A stretch of 64,000 nt of DNA from Alphaproteobacteria bacterium (GTDB lineage: Bacteria; Pseudomonadota; Alphaproteobacteria; Rhizobiales; NORP267). A model generated the notes under the pieces. The model did no database searches and had not been told where the DNA came from. It worked only from the letters and a program-made list of their open reading frames with translations. Of the stretch, positions 40,760-50,902 are shown one piece after another. Every line of letters starts with the position of its first letter. Position 1 is the first letter of the stretch. The stretch lies in NCBI GenBank assembly GCA_028599125.1, contig JAQRMX010000004.1, positions 891-64,890 on the forward strand. The letters are read 5' to 3'. The position numbers and the translations under genes are program-made.

Positions 40760-43398
40760 AACTGTCCCTCTTCTCGAAACCTCTCGTGAGTCTCCGTCAC
40801 AGAAACCCCGGCTCCCATTTCCTCTTCCATGCCTTCTGCAACTGACAGAGGTCTAGGATAATCAACATAGGGAGAAAGAGGAAATACACACAGAACCTTC
40901 GTTCCCTTACCCGGTGTGGAAACAAGACATACATAGCCATTATGCAATTCAACAAGCCCCCGCACAATTGATAAACCAAGACCCGCACCACGGGGGCCCG
41001 TACCAGAAGAGGAAATACCCTCAAAAGGATTGAATATTGATGATTGCAAAACCTTTGAGATACCCCTACCCGTATCAATCACGGAAAAACGAACTTCCTC
41101 ACCGCAACATTCAGCAACAAGCGTGATACGACCTCCAGAATTGGCAAAAGTGACCGCATTGGAAAGAAGATTGAAAAGAACCTGCTTCACGCGGCTCTCA
41201 TCTGCAATAAAGCCGGACAAATCGCCTCTCTTAATAAGATTCAGATCAATAGAGGCCCCCTGCAAACGGTCACGGAGACCATCAATGATGGCACTCAGGC
41301 TCTTGTCGAGATCCACAGGACCATAAGTCAAATCCATCGTCCCGGCATCTATCGTCGCAAGATCAAGAATATCGCTGATAATTGATTGCAAAGCCTGACT
41401 GGATGTCAGGATATTTTCTGCAAATTCCCTGGGCTTTCCTGTCAGAACTCCGGACGGATCTCTCATCAGAAGGTCCGTATAACCGATAATCGTGGTCAAT
41501 GGCACGCGCAACACGTAAGACACATGACGAACAAAGGCGCTGCGCATCTCGCTAGCAACTTCCAGTGTCTCATTGCGCTCCCGAAGCACTTTTTCCGCAC
41601 GCACCATATCTGTTACATTCATAAAATGAATGAGGGTTCCGCCGCCTGGAAGAGGCGCAACAGCGCAATCAATCACATTTCCCTCCTGACTTTCAAACCT
41701 GATCTTGTCCGACCGTCTTTCATCATCAAGCGTCGTCACGCGCTGCTTAAGGGTTGCCCAGGTCTTTCCGTAACGCTCTTCTCCCTGTGAAGAGAAAAAG
41801 GGCAACTGATCAATATGCGGTTCTCCCTTCAGTTCATGAGACGACAAACCCCATATCTGCACAAAAGCAGAATTGAAAAGACGAAGACGGCCATCACTTG
41901 AAAAAAGGACCACACCCTCATTAAGATTATCCAATGTCTCACGCTGGATCTCTTCAAGGGCATTTGTCCGGCTCTCCAGCTGGAACTTTTCTGTCATGTT
42001 TTCATAAAGAAACATCACGCCATCAAAAACATCTTGCTCGATCGTCACACGCAACGTCGTCTTGCTATCAGATAAGTGCCAGAACTGAGGGTCCATCTTC
42101 CGGCATTTCAGCATCTCAAGATATCGCTCCCGCCAGTCGCGATAGTCGGCCTGCTCAGGCAAATGCCGGCGTTGCGCATCAAGAATTTCCGAATAAAGAG
42201 GCGCCTTGCACAACCATTCGTCATCGATCCCCCAGAGACGGGCATAGGCCTGATTATACAGAAACAATCTCTGATCTTTTCCAAAGACAGCCATTGCAAT
42301 CGGGAACCTATCCAGAATGTGTGCATAAGCCTTTTGCTTCAGGGACAGTTCCTGACGTGCATTCTGAAGCTCACTCACATCCTGTCCAAGACAGAGGACA
42401 CCTTCTGCAATCCGAGAGGCGGTAACCATCAAACAGGAAGACTGCGAAACATCACGGCCTTCAAAATAATCACAAAAAAAGGCATCTTCGTCTAAACGAC
42501 TGACAAGACATGACTGCGCGTTCGGATCAAGAATGAAAGAACCCTTATCAAGTGCTTCTTGCCGCGTCGCGCAGCCAACGGCATGTGCATAAGCGGTATT
42601 GATCCATCCAATTTGACTCTCTTTCCCCAGAATCCAGACCGGCTGGCGCGTCACATTCAGTAAATTCCACATTCCCTGATGCGCAAACGTCACTTCATCA
42701 AGCCTGTCCCTGAGCTGAGCTGTCTCAAAAGCATTACCTGTGAGCATTTGCAGCAACAATACAGGGTAACCGCCGACAATCCGCCCCTGAACACCGATAA
42801 AAGTGCCTATATAGGTCCGTATATTCGTCTTGAACCACTCCCCGTCAATCACCAATGCATTCAGATGACTGACCAAAATCTCCAAAGCCGCAGGCGCAAG
42901 CCAGCTCTCAAAGGAAAGAAGGCGTTCCGTTTCCCGTGGAACGCCACTCACCTCAGGTAAATGACCCACAACAACTGAAAGTTCACCTTTCCAGATCAGC
43001 GTCAAGCCTTCCTGCGCCTCCAGAAAAATATCTGCCTGCTCCAAAAGAAGAGCCGTATGTCCAAGGTCATCAAGCGTCTTGTCAAGTGTACGACGGAGAC
43101 GTTTATTCTTGAAAAACATGAAAAGACATATAAGGATCAGAGCAGAAACAATGATCCCCATAAGCATGAAACGCATGTCCAGACGCTGAGTCAAGGTCTC
43201 CAAACCCAGAGACGGAGAAAAAGGAACCTCTCCAACGCGGGCAAAAGCCACACCACTCCCCATTAAAAAAAAGGGGATAAACAGGAAAAGGCTAAAAAGA
43301 CCCTTGGAAAAATACAGGTTCCACCCTTGCCCTGGCATGGCATCAATTCTCCCAAAGGCCATAATGGCCCCGCTAAGCAGCACGTCTCCTGCAAACAT
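40756..43398 (-). CDS. divL: DivL-like PAS-domain sensor kinase with Tyr in place of the phospho-acceptor His
   Basis: N-terminal TM segments and multiple PAS-like regions. The HisKA H-box reads 'FVRHVSYVLRVPLTTIIGY' (Tyr codon 41515-41517 where SHELRTPL has His). HATPase_c 'GGRITL..DTGRGI..GLGLSIV'. Position between ahcY and tsaE matches Rhizobiales divL. Confidence 0.75.
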   Translation of the reverse strand: MFAGDVLLSGAIMAFGRIDAMPGQGWNLYFSKGLFSLFLFIPFFLMGSGVAFARVGEVPFSPSLGLETLTQRLDMRFMLMGIIVSALILICLFMFFKNKRLRRTLDKTLDDLGHTALLLEQADIFLEAQEGLTLIWKGELSVVVGHLPEVSGVPRETERLLSFESWLAPAALEILVSHLNALVIDGEWFKTNIRTYIGTFIGVQGRIVGGYPVLLLQMLTGNAFETAQLRDRLDEVTFAHQGMWNLLNVTRQPVWILGKESQIGWINTAYAHAVGCATRQEALDKGSFILDPNAQSCLVSRLDEDAFFCDYFEGRDVSQSSCLMVTASRIAEGVLCLGQDVSELQNARQELSLKQKAYAHILDRFPIAMAVFGKDQRLFLYNQAYARLWGIDDEWLCKAPLYSEILDAQRRHLPEQADYRDWRERYLEMLKCRKMDPQFWHLSDSKTTLRVTIEQDVFDGVMFLYENMTEKFQLESRTNALEEIQRETLDNLNEGVVLFSSDGRLRLFNSAFVQIWGLSSHELKGEPHIDQLPFFSSQGEERYGKTWATLKQRVTTLDDERRSDKIRFESQEGNVIDCAVAPLPGGGTLIHFMNVTDMVRAEKVLRERNETLEVASEMRSAFVRHVSYVLRVPLTTIIGYTDLLMRDPSGVLTGKPREFAENILTSSQALQSIISDILDLATIDAGTMDLTYGPVDLDKSLSAIIDGLRDRLQGASIDLNLIKRGDLSGFIADESRVKQVLFNLLSNAVTFANSGGRITLVAECCGEEVRFSVIDTGRGISKVLQSSIFNPFEGISSSGTGPRGAGLGLSIVRGLVELHNGYVCLVSTPGKGTKVLCVFPLSPYVDYPRPLSVAEGMEEEMGAGVSVTETHERFREEGQL

Positions 43399-43597
43399 AC
43401 CCGCAGACCGTACAAACGAATCATATAAACTTAGCCTCTATCGCTTTCCTTTCCTACAGGGAAAGCGTAACAGATAGAAAAATCAACAAGAAGAGGAATG
43501 ACAAAGAGAAAGCAAAACATGTCCCGGAAGATTCCACACGAACGATCAAGCAAAAGCCTGCCTATAAATACAGCAATGGGATCAGGCAAAAGAGGAA

Positions 43598-44998
43598 TCA
43601 ATACCGGTAATCAGATGGTTTGAAAGGACCGTCTTTGCTAACGCCGATGTAGGAGGCCTGTTCTTCTGTTAGTACCGTCAGCTTCGCACCAAGCTTATCA
43701 AGGTGTAAACGCGCCACCTTTTCATCCAGATGCTTGGGTAAAACATGAAGGGTGTTCCCATATTGACCCGAACGGGACCATAATTCCATCTGTGCAAGAA
43801 CCTGATTGGTAAAAGATGTCGACATCACGAAGCTCGGATGACCCATCGCATTTCCCAGATTTACCAAACGGCCCTCAGAAAGAAGAATAATGCGCTTGCC
43901 TTCAGAAAAGTGAACCATATCAACCTGTGGCTTCACATTCGTCCAACGATAATTCTTCAGCGCATCAACTTGAATCTCATTATCAAAATGGCCAATATTG
44001 CAAACAATAGCCATATCTTTGAGATGACGCATGTCATCAATTGTTACAACATCATAATTGCCTGTTGCAGTCACAAGAATATCAACACGGGGTGCCGCGT
44101 CTTCCAGTGTGACAACCTCAAAACCGTCTATCACCGCCTGAAGAGCACAGATCGGATCCACTTCGCTTACCATAACGCGAACGCCCGCGCCTGCAAGAGA
44201 ATGGGCAGACCCCTTCCCGACATCACCATAACCACACACAAGGCCGACCTTGCCGGCCATCATTATGTCAGTCCCGCGCCGAATCGCATCAACAAGAGAC
44301 TCACGGCACCCATATTTATTATCGAATTTGGACTTCGTCACACTGTTATTCACATCAAAAGCCGGGAAGGGCAACTGGCCTTTCCTTTGCAATTCACGCA
44401 GACGATGGACCCCCGTTGTTGTCTCCTCAGAAACCCCGCGGAGAGAGGATTTCAATTTCGAATACCAGTGCGGGTCCTGTGACAAACGGTGCCTGATCTG
44501 TTTGAAAAGATGGACCTCCTCCTCATTTTTCGGCTGGTCGAGAACAGAAGCATCCTGTTCCGCCCGCAAACCCAAAAGGGCAAACAGGGTTGCATCCCCC
44601 CCATCATCAAGAATCAGATTTGCCACCTGCCCGTTACCCCAGTCAAAAATGCGTTCGATATACGCCCAATATTCTTCAATCGTTTCGCCTTTGACAGCAA
44701 AAACCGGTACGCCATCCGATGCAACCGCCGCAGCAGCATGATCCTGCGTTGAAAAAATATTGCATGACGCCCAGCGGACCTCCGCACCCAGAAGGCACAA
44801 GGTCTTAATCAGAACAGCTGTCTGCACAGTCATGTGCAAAGCCCCTGCAATGCGCGCCCCAGCAAGCGGTTTTGTTGAACCAAATTCCTTGCGTAAAGCC
44901 ATAAGACCAGGCATTTCCGTTTCCGCAATTCCTATCTCTTTATGTCCCCAATCCGCAAGACTCATATCTGCAACGACATAATCACACTCAATAGACAT
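43598..44998 (-). CDS. ahcY: Adenosylhomocysteinase
   Basis: '[26 protein letters not shown]', '[14 protein letters not shown]', '[10 protein letters not shown]' NAD site, '[15 protein letters not shown]', C-terminus '[10 protein letters not shown]'. Confidence 0.98.
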   Translation of the reverse strand: MSIECDYVVADMSLADWGHKEIGIAETEMPGLMALRKEFGSTKPLAGARIAGALHMTVQTAVLIKTLCLLGAEVRWASCNIFSTQDHAAAAVASDGVPVFAVKGETIEEYWAYIERIFDWGNGQVANLILDDGGDATLFALLGLRAEQDASVLDQPKNEEEVHLFKQIRHRLSQDPHWYSKLKSSLRGVSEETTTGVHRLRELQRKGQLPFPAFDVNNSVTKSKFDNKYGCRESLVDAIRRGTDIMMAGKVGLVCGYGDVGKGSAHSLAGAGVRVMVSEVDPICALQAVIDGFEVVTLEDAAPRVDILVTATGNYDVVTIDDMRHLKDMAIVCNIGHFDNEIQVDALKNYRWTNVKPQVDMVHFSEGKRIILLSEGRLVNLGNAMGHPSFVMSTSFTNQVLAQMELWSRSGQYGNTLHVLPKHLDEKVARLHLDKLGAKLTVLTEEQASYIGVSKDGPFKPSDYRY

Positions 44999-45301
44999 TC
45001 CTTACCTCCCGGTCAGTTCCCTAAAAAAACATCACCATGCAAGCCATAAGCCTGCTCCTCACAAAAGATATAACACATACCGATTATCAGGAGGAATAGA
45101 AGCCTTAAAACATTACAAAAAAATGCTTGTAACAAGATGTTCGAAAAAACAGAAAAACGCAAAACAGGAGCAGAAAAAATCCTGAAAAATCACAAAAGGC
45201 CATCACGACAGAAGCCCGACATATAACAAAAAGCCTTCTTCCATTCTCCTGTATATTAAAAACAAGCGCCCCGGACATGACCAGAGATTCCCGGAAGAGG
45301 A

Positions 45302-47056
45302 TCAGGAAAGAGGATAAAGACAAGGCAACCGAAAAATAAAACGGGCCCCTTTTATTCTCAGCTCGCCGGACGCCGTTCTTTCCTTCCGATTCTCCGCCCA
45401 GATACGCCCCCCATAACTTTCAATAATACGTCGGGAAATACTCAAACCCAGACCTGAATTCCGACCGAAGGATTCCACAGCCGGACGATCTGTGTAAAAA
45501 CGATCAAAAAGGCGTTCCAGATTTCCAGGATGAATCCCGCAACCCTCATCTTCCACACAAATATCAATTTCATGTGCAAGACGCCGCAACCGGATTGTCA
45601 CTATTCCTTCCGGGGGCGAAAAAGACAGCGCATTATCAAGCAAATTCGTCATAACACGACCCAAACGGCCTGTGTTTCCATTGACGATATAAGGCCTGTC
45701 AATCAAGGGCGAATCTTCAACAACCAGACGGACAAAAGGCAGGCCTCCCTCAATTTTTTTATTAACCATTTCCATTCCCATCTGGAGCAATATTAACATA
45801 TCGACAGGATCTATAGCCTCACGTGCAAGGTCCCCATCAAGCCTCGAGGCTTCCAGAACATCATTAATAAGGCGGTCAAGACGACGCACATCATGCTGTG
45901 AAATCCTTATCAAACGCTCCCGGTCACCTTCCTCCTTGACAGAAGGAAGCATCTCTATGGCATTACGGAGTGAGGCCAAAGGGGTCTTTAGCTCATGTGC
46001 AACATCCGCAGCAAAGCCTTCAATCGCGTCCATCCGTTCGCAGAGTATAACTTCCATCTTGCTCAAAGCTCCTGAAAGAAGACCGATCTCATCCCGCCGG
46101 GACGAAAAATCAGGAAATTCAGACTGGACAACGGGGTAGTGAGAGGCTCTCTCCGCTGCAATCTTCAAACGACGAAGCGGTATCACGATCCACAAGGCTG
46201 TTACCCCCGACAGAAAAACAACACCGATCACAGATGAAACAAACAGGACAAACATCCTGAAACGCTCCCCTTGCAGCTCCCGCGCAACATCATCCGCGCG
46301 CAGAGATAAAAAAAGAAGCCCCTGCACTTGCTGAAGGGGAACAAGTGGCAAAACCGCAAAAAGAATCAATTGTCCTTGACCGTCAAGCGTGACACCGGAT
46401 GTTCCTGAACCAAACAAAAGCTCCCGAAAGCGCAAAGAAGACGCGCTACCGGATACACCCATCTCCGCAGGAACCCCTAACGCCTCAACAAACGCAACAG
46501 AAGACGGTAAATTCCCATAGGAAAACCATAAGAAAAAACGCTTCCACCAGTGAGACAGGACAGAGCCCCCTTTCTCACTTCCGAGCACAGGCAAGGTATC
46601 TCGCCAAAGCATACCGCCGCCGGAAGCAGGGACCGTTCTCTGCGCGAGCAAACGTCCTTCACGATCATAAACACGGGCCAGAAGACCAGGACTGGCAGAC
46701 CGCAAAGAAAGATCAAGAAGAGAAACAGGAGATACACGAGAGCGGCGAACATCAGCTTCAGCGGCCTTCGGCACTGAAGCGCCGACACCCACACCAAGAA
46801 AACTATCCGGAAGGCGGGAGGCAATCAAGTGCCCCTGACGCACAAGGCCAGCCACATGGGACGCAAGAAGGCGCTCATCAGAACGGTTCAGCAGCATAAA
46901 AACCAAACTCAGAACGAGAAAAGCAAGAAGATTGATAAAAACAAGACGGAAAGCCAAACCACCAGGGCAAAAAAATAAACCGAAACACGGGGAGCCTTCC
47001 GAAAAAAAGCCCCTCCGGGACAGACAGGAGAAAAACGTCCGGCGCCCGTCTTTCAT
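45302..47056 (-). CDS. chvG: Sensor histidine kinase ChvG/ExoS family
   Basis: Two TM segments with a periplasmic region, HAMP, H-box '[16 protein letters not shown]', '[11 protein letters not shown]', 'GLGLSI'. ATGA overlap with chvI. Confidence 0.85.
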   Translation of the reverse strand: MKDGRRTFFSCLSRRGFFSEGSPCFGLFFCPGGLAFRLVFINLLAFLVLSLVFMLLNRSDERLLASHVAGLVRQGHLIASRLPDSFLGVGVGASVPKAAEADVRRSRVSPVSLLDLSLRSASPGLLARVYDREGRLLAQRTVPASGGGMLWRDTLPVLGSEKGGSVLSHWWKRFFLWFSYGNLPSSVAFVEALGVPAEMGVSGSASSLRFRELLFGSGTSGVTLDGQGQLILFAVLPLVPLQQVQGLLFLSLRADDVARELQGERFRMFVLFVSSVIGVVFLSGVTALWIVIPLRRLKIAAERASHYPVVQSEFPDFSSRRDEIGLLSGALSKMEVILCERMDAIEGFAADVAHELKTPLASLRNAIEMLPSVKEEGDRERLIRISQHDVRRLDRLINDVLEASRLDGDLAREAIDPVDMLILLQMGMEMVNKKIEGGLPFVRLVVEDSPLIDRPYIVNGNTGRLGRVMTNLLDNALSFSPPEGIVTIRLRRLAHEIDICVEDEGCGIHPGNLERLFDRFYTDRPAVESFGRNSGLGLSISRRIIESYGGRIWAENRKERTASGELRIKGARFIFRLPCLYPLS

Positions 47057-47763
47057 GAAAGATCAGTCCCCCTGAATTTATACCCCACACCGTAAAGAGT
47101 CTCAACCACATCAAACTCATCATCAACCATTTTGAACTTCTTCCGCAAGCGCTTGATATGGCTGTCAATCGTCCGGTCATCCACATAAACCTGATCGTCA
47201 TAAGCCACATCCATCAGTGCATCTCGGCTTTTTACAATACCAGGCCGTTGTGCAAGCGCATGGAGGATCAAAAACTCTGTCACCGTCAGAACCACCGGAC
47301 GGCCCTTCCACGTGCAGGCATGACGTTCCATATCCATGAACAAGTCACCACGCAGCAGAGCGTTATCTCCTCGTTTCTGAAGTCTTTTCTCTTCAGTATC
47401 TAGGCTGAAACGACGTAAAACCGCACGAATCCGCTCAACAAGAAGGTAAGGAGAAAAAGGTTTGCGGATAAAATCATCCGCTCCCATCTTCAACCCGAAG
47501 AGCTCATCAAGCTCTTCATTCTTTGATGTCAAGAAAATAACAGGCACATCACTTTCCTGCCGCAGGCGATGTAACAGACTCATTCCGTCCATGCGCGGCA
47601 TCTTAATGTCTAGAAGCACAAGGCAAGGAGGAGAAAGACGAATTTTCTCCAAAGCCGAATCTCCATCAGTGAATGTCTGGACGCTATACCCGTTGGATTC
47701 AAGGAGCATACGTACCGATTCAAGAATATTGCGGTCGTCATCCACAAAATCAATTGTGACCAT
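47053..47763 (-). CDS. chvI: OmpR-family response regulator ChvI
   Basis: '[16 protein letters not shown]', '[54 protein letters not shown]' closely resembles ChvI/BvrR. ATG 47763 is preceded by GAGGGA. The ORF-track N-terminal 21 codons translate a 9-bp repeat and are rejected. Confidence 0.93.
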   Translation of the reverse strand: MVTIDFVDDDRNILESVRMLLESNGYSVQTFTDGDSALEKIRLSPPCLVLLDIKMPRMDGMSLLHRLRQESDVPVIFLTSKNEELDELFGLKMGADDFIRKPFSPYLLVERIRAVLRRFSLDTEEKRLQKRGDNALLRGDLFMDMERHACTWKGRPVVLTVTEFLILHALAQRPGIVKSRDALMDVAYDDQVYVDDRTIDSHIKRLRKKFKMVDDEFDVVETLYGVGYKFRGTDLS

Positions 47764-47792
47764 GTTCCCTCGGAAAGCAAAAAATACAAACA

Positions 47793-47819
47793 GGAAAAAT
47801 CGGAAAAATCGGAAAAACC
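47793..47819. repeat. 9-bp tandem repeat x3 (ggaaaaatc ggaaaaatc ggaaaaacc) 30-56 bp upstream of the chvI start
   Basis: Read directly. On the chvI sense strand the unit is GATTTTTCC. Confidence 0.9.
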
Positions 47820-48745
47820 GGTTCATCCATTAACCTATTAAATCAAGGATTGGAAGCTTAAGCCAAAACGCCTCCAACAAGCTGAAAATCAACCCCTGAA
47901 TCTATCCCTCAGACTACGGGATAGCCGAAAAACAGGCAGCGAACCCTCTCCCTTCATCCCCACGGTCTCCTGAAACGCAGGCACATCCGAACAAAAAAAC
48001 GGCTTGGGTGCACATTCCTCAGACAGGCGATGTGTGACGGGCAATCGCCCGTCATAATGCTGATAAAAAGATTGAAAGACACCACCCCACGCCTGAAACT
48101 TCTAGGGTTCAGAACGACTCTTCAGTACAAACCCCGCATTAAGTAAGGACATAGTCATGAACGGAATAAACCAGTTCCTAGTAAAAGAGCAGGCAGTCTG
48201 CATAGTGATTGCCACATCTACGCTATTTTCTCCTTAAACAGACACACGAAGCTAAGAAAAAAGAGTCTATTAAGCACAAATACGAAACCTTCTGTCTTAA
48301 AAAACAGCAAAGATCATCAAGCATATGCCCAAGACTGGCAATCAGACACGACAAAGGAGCCGAAGCTGACTGTATGATTCCTTACCGACCCCAACATCCA
48401 CAGAGGAAAGGCTCCCATAAGGAGCAACAAGAGCAGCAATCCAGAACCTTGACATTTTTTTTAACGCGCGGCTTCCAACAAAATGATGATGCGTGTTGAA
48501 AATATGGTAAAAACGCGCTCTCTTCCACTATAAAAACGCCTCTATTGCCGCAGCATCAAGCGCGTCCACAACTACTGTCAGATCATTAAACTTATCCCGC
48601 AGGACCAATGCATAATTGTCCTCAAGACTCCGAAAATGTTCAATGCTCAAACCAGACATCATTCCCTTTTCAGCCTCATATCACAAACCCGGAAAAAGTA
48701 ATTTAACCATAAGCAAATATCATGAACTATATATTAAGCACCTGT

Positions 48746-48791
48746 CACATCATAGCAAGGATACAGATCACATCATAGCAAGGATACAGAT
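48746..48791. repeat. Perfect 23-bp tandem duplication (cacatcatagcaaggatacagat x2) abutting the methyltransferase start codon
   Basis: 48746-48768 is identical to 48769-48791. The unit carries the AAGGA Shine-Dalgarno, and its last two bases are the AT of ATG 48790. Confidence 0.95.
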
Positions 48792-49710
48792 GGTAATTGA
48801 CATTGTAGAACTGCACAATTTCTATAAAACAGCCCTCGGGAAAACAACCTGTGAACTGGTCACGCGGGAATTGCGTATGCTTTGGGAAAATCTCAGCGAT
48901 ATGACCCTCCTTGGAATAGGATATGCGTGCCCTTACCTTGAAATTTTCACCACAGAGACCCCCCGGATCGGAAATATCATGCCGGCTACACAAGGCGCAA
49001 TCCGCTGGAGTACGGCCTCATGGAATCAAACTCTCCTCGGTGAACCAACGAACCTCCCCTTCCCGGATGGATCCATTGATCGGCTCATCCTTGCCCATGT
49101 TCTGGAACTACACCCCGCCCCCCATGCCCTCTTGCGCGAAAGCTGGCGTATCCTCAAACCCGAAGGACGACTTATTGTCCTTGTCCCCAACAAATACAGC
49201 CCCTGGGCATATCTTTTCACAACACCCTTTGGCGGCAAATATCTCTACAGCTGTGCACAAGTTGAAATGATCATGCGAAACGCCCTCTTCCGGATCAGCA
49301 GCCACAATACAGCTCTGGGGACATTCCCTTTCTCCGAACAAAGTTCAAAATCTCCCCTGAATCGACATGGACGTACCGGGTGTGTCTTTTTTCCTGGAAC
49401 TGCGGGACTTCTTATTATTGAAGGAAAGAAAGACGTCTATTGCCCTATTAATATCAGGAAAGAGAGCAAAAAAAGCCACAGAAATAGTCTCACTCCGGCC
49501 CGGACCGTCTCCTTTTCAAGGACAGAACGCAAAAAAACAAAACGGCAAGATCTAAAGCGTCAGGGAGAAAAAAATACCCAAAGACAAAAAGAAAAATTAC
49601 AGGACAGATTTACTTTGAGGCCTGCTACCCCCCATATAAAAATAGAAATAAGAGCCGAAAATAGCGGCATCAAGCCGAACACAAATCAAATATGCCCCAC
49701 AATCTGCTGA
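48790..49710 (+). CDS. Class I SAM-dependent methyltransferase (Methyltransf_11-like) with Lys-rich C-terminal extension
   Basis: 'DIVELHNFYKT..G', 'LLGIGYACPYL', 'FPDGSIDRLILAHVLE', 'LLRESWRILKPEGRLIVLVPN'. Start at 'MVIDIVEL' (SD AAGGA); the ORF track starts at 48616. The last ~88 codons are low-complexity K/R/T/Q-rich. Confidence 0.75.
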   Translation: MVIDIVELHNFYKTALGKTTCELVTRELRMLWENLSDMTLLGIGYACPYLEIFTTETPRIGNIMPATQGAIRWSTASWNQTLLGEPTNLPFPDGSIDRLILAHVLELHPAPHALLRESWRILKPEGRLIVLVPNKYSPWAYLFTTPFGGKYLYSCAQVEMIMRNALFRISSHNTALGTFPFSEQSSKSPLNRHGRTGCVFFPGTAGLLIIEGKKDVYCPINIRKESKKSHRNSLTPARTVSFSRTERKKTKRQDLKRQGEKNTQRQKEKLQDRFTLRPATPHIKIEIRAENSGIKPNTNQICPTIC

Positions 49711-49712
49711 CT

Positions 49713-50813
49713 ATGACACAAAAACGACCTCAACCTAATCCCGGCATCTCGGAGATCTCGCCTTATATACCCGCCGAAACGGAAAAAAAGGGAATAAAGA
49801 CGATATACCGATTATCCGCCAATGAAACGCCGCTCGGTCCAAGTCCTGCGAGTCAGGACGCTTACAAGAAAGCCGTACACTCCTTGGCACACTATCCTGA
49901 TGGTAACGCCACTCTCCTGCGCGAAGCCATAGCTCACCATCACGGGCTGGATCCCCGGCGCCTGATCTGCGGCGCAGGATCGGACGAATTGCTTACACTC
50001 ATTGCACGCGCCTATCTCACATATGGAACAGAGGCCCTTCATTCCGAATATGGCTTTCTTCTCTACCCGATCATAACAAAAGCAGCCGGCGCACAGCCCG
50101 TTATGGCCCCAGAAAAAAATATGACAACGGATGTCAATGCCCTCTTGAACCGTGTAACGGGACAAACGCGGGTGATTTTTCTTGCGCACCCGAACAACCC
50201 AACTGGAACTTACCTTCCCACTGGACAGCTTTGCTATCTGCACAAAAAACTGCCGCCGCACATACTTCTTGTCCTTGATGCAGCCTACGGCGAATATGTA
50301 CGGAAAGAGGACTATACTACCGGGATTGATCTGATTGATCGAGCAGAAAATGTCGTCATGACACGCACATTTTCAAAGCTTCACGGCCTTGCAAGCCTGC
50401 GACTTGGGTGGCTCTATGGCCCCCCTTCCATTATTGAGACTCTCAATCGGATACGCGGTCCTTTCAATGTTTCGTCGCCTGCCCTTGCAGCCGGAGTTGC
50501 CGCAATAACTGACCACGCCCATATCAATCGCTGCCTCTCCCATAATGATCTCTGGCTCCCCTGGCTCACAGAACAGATAGGCGCTCTCACTTTGAAAAGT
50601 CCCCCCTCGACGGCTAATTTCTTGCTTCTGGATTTTGACAATATCCCCGGGAAATACGCTGCAGACGCCCATGCCTACCTGGAAGAAAAAGGCATCAACC
50701 TGAGAAGACTTGACGCCTACGCCCTCCCGAATGCCTTGCGTATGACAGTTGGAACAGAGGACGCAAATATCTTCACCATCAATATGCTTCGTGAGTTTCT
50801 TAGACAAAAATAG
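49713..50813 (+). CDS. hisC: Histidinol-phosphate aminotransferase
   Basis: 'RLSANETPLGPSP', 'YPDGNATLLREAIA', 'NPNNPTGTY', 'DAAYGEY', 'RTFSKLHGLASLRLGW' (PLP lysine). Alternative start ATG 49692. Confidence 0.92.
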   Translation: MTQKRPQPNPGISEISPYIPAETEKKGIKTIYRLSANETPLGPSPASQDAYKKAVHSLAHYPDGNATLLREAIAHHHGLDPRRLICGAGSDELLTLIARAYLTYGTEALHSEYGFLLYPIITKAAGAQPVMAPEKNMTTDVNALLNRVTGQTRVIFLAHPNNPTGTYLPTGQLCYLHKKLPPHILLVLDAAYGEYVRKEDYTTGIDLIDRAENVVMTRTFSKLHGLASLRLGWLYGPPSIIETLNRIRGPFNVSSPALAAGVAAITDHAHINRCLSHNDLWLPWLTEQIGALTLKSPPSTANFLLLDFDNIPGKYAADAHAYLEEKGINLRRLDAYALPNALRMTVGTEDANIFTINMLREFLRQK

Positions 50814-50902
50814 AAAAGATAAAAATAAGAAAGATAAAGACGACAAAGCACCGACTGAAAGTCATGAGAGCCCACAAGCCATCACAGCAAAAAAACCGTC
50901 TA

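Noticed and set aside
43838-44741. 214- and 163-codon plus-strand ORFs antisense to ahcY
   Set aside because: These are shadow ORFs inside a near-perfectly conserved adenosylhomocysteinase gene. Their composition (H/R/N/I/C-rich, low complexity) is not protein-like.
44999-45110. Possible SAH riboswitch upstream of ahcY ('GAGGAGCAGGCUUAUGGCUUGC')
   Set aside because: Only the GAGGAGC heptamer resembles the SAH-riboswitch consensus as I remember it. The other conserved segments (the CAGGCUCGG-like and AACGGCGCUC-like strands) and the pseudoknot partners are absent. It reduces to a simple 6-bp hairpin followed at a distance by a T7 run.
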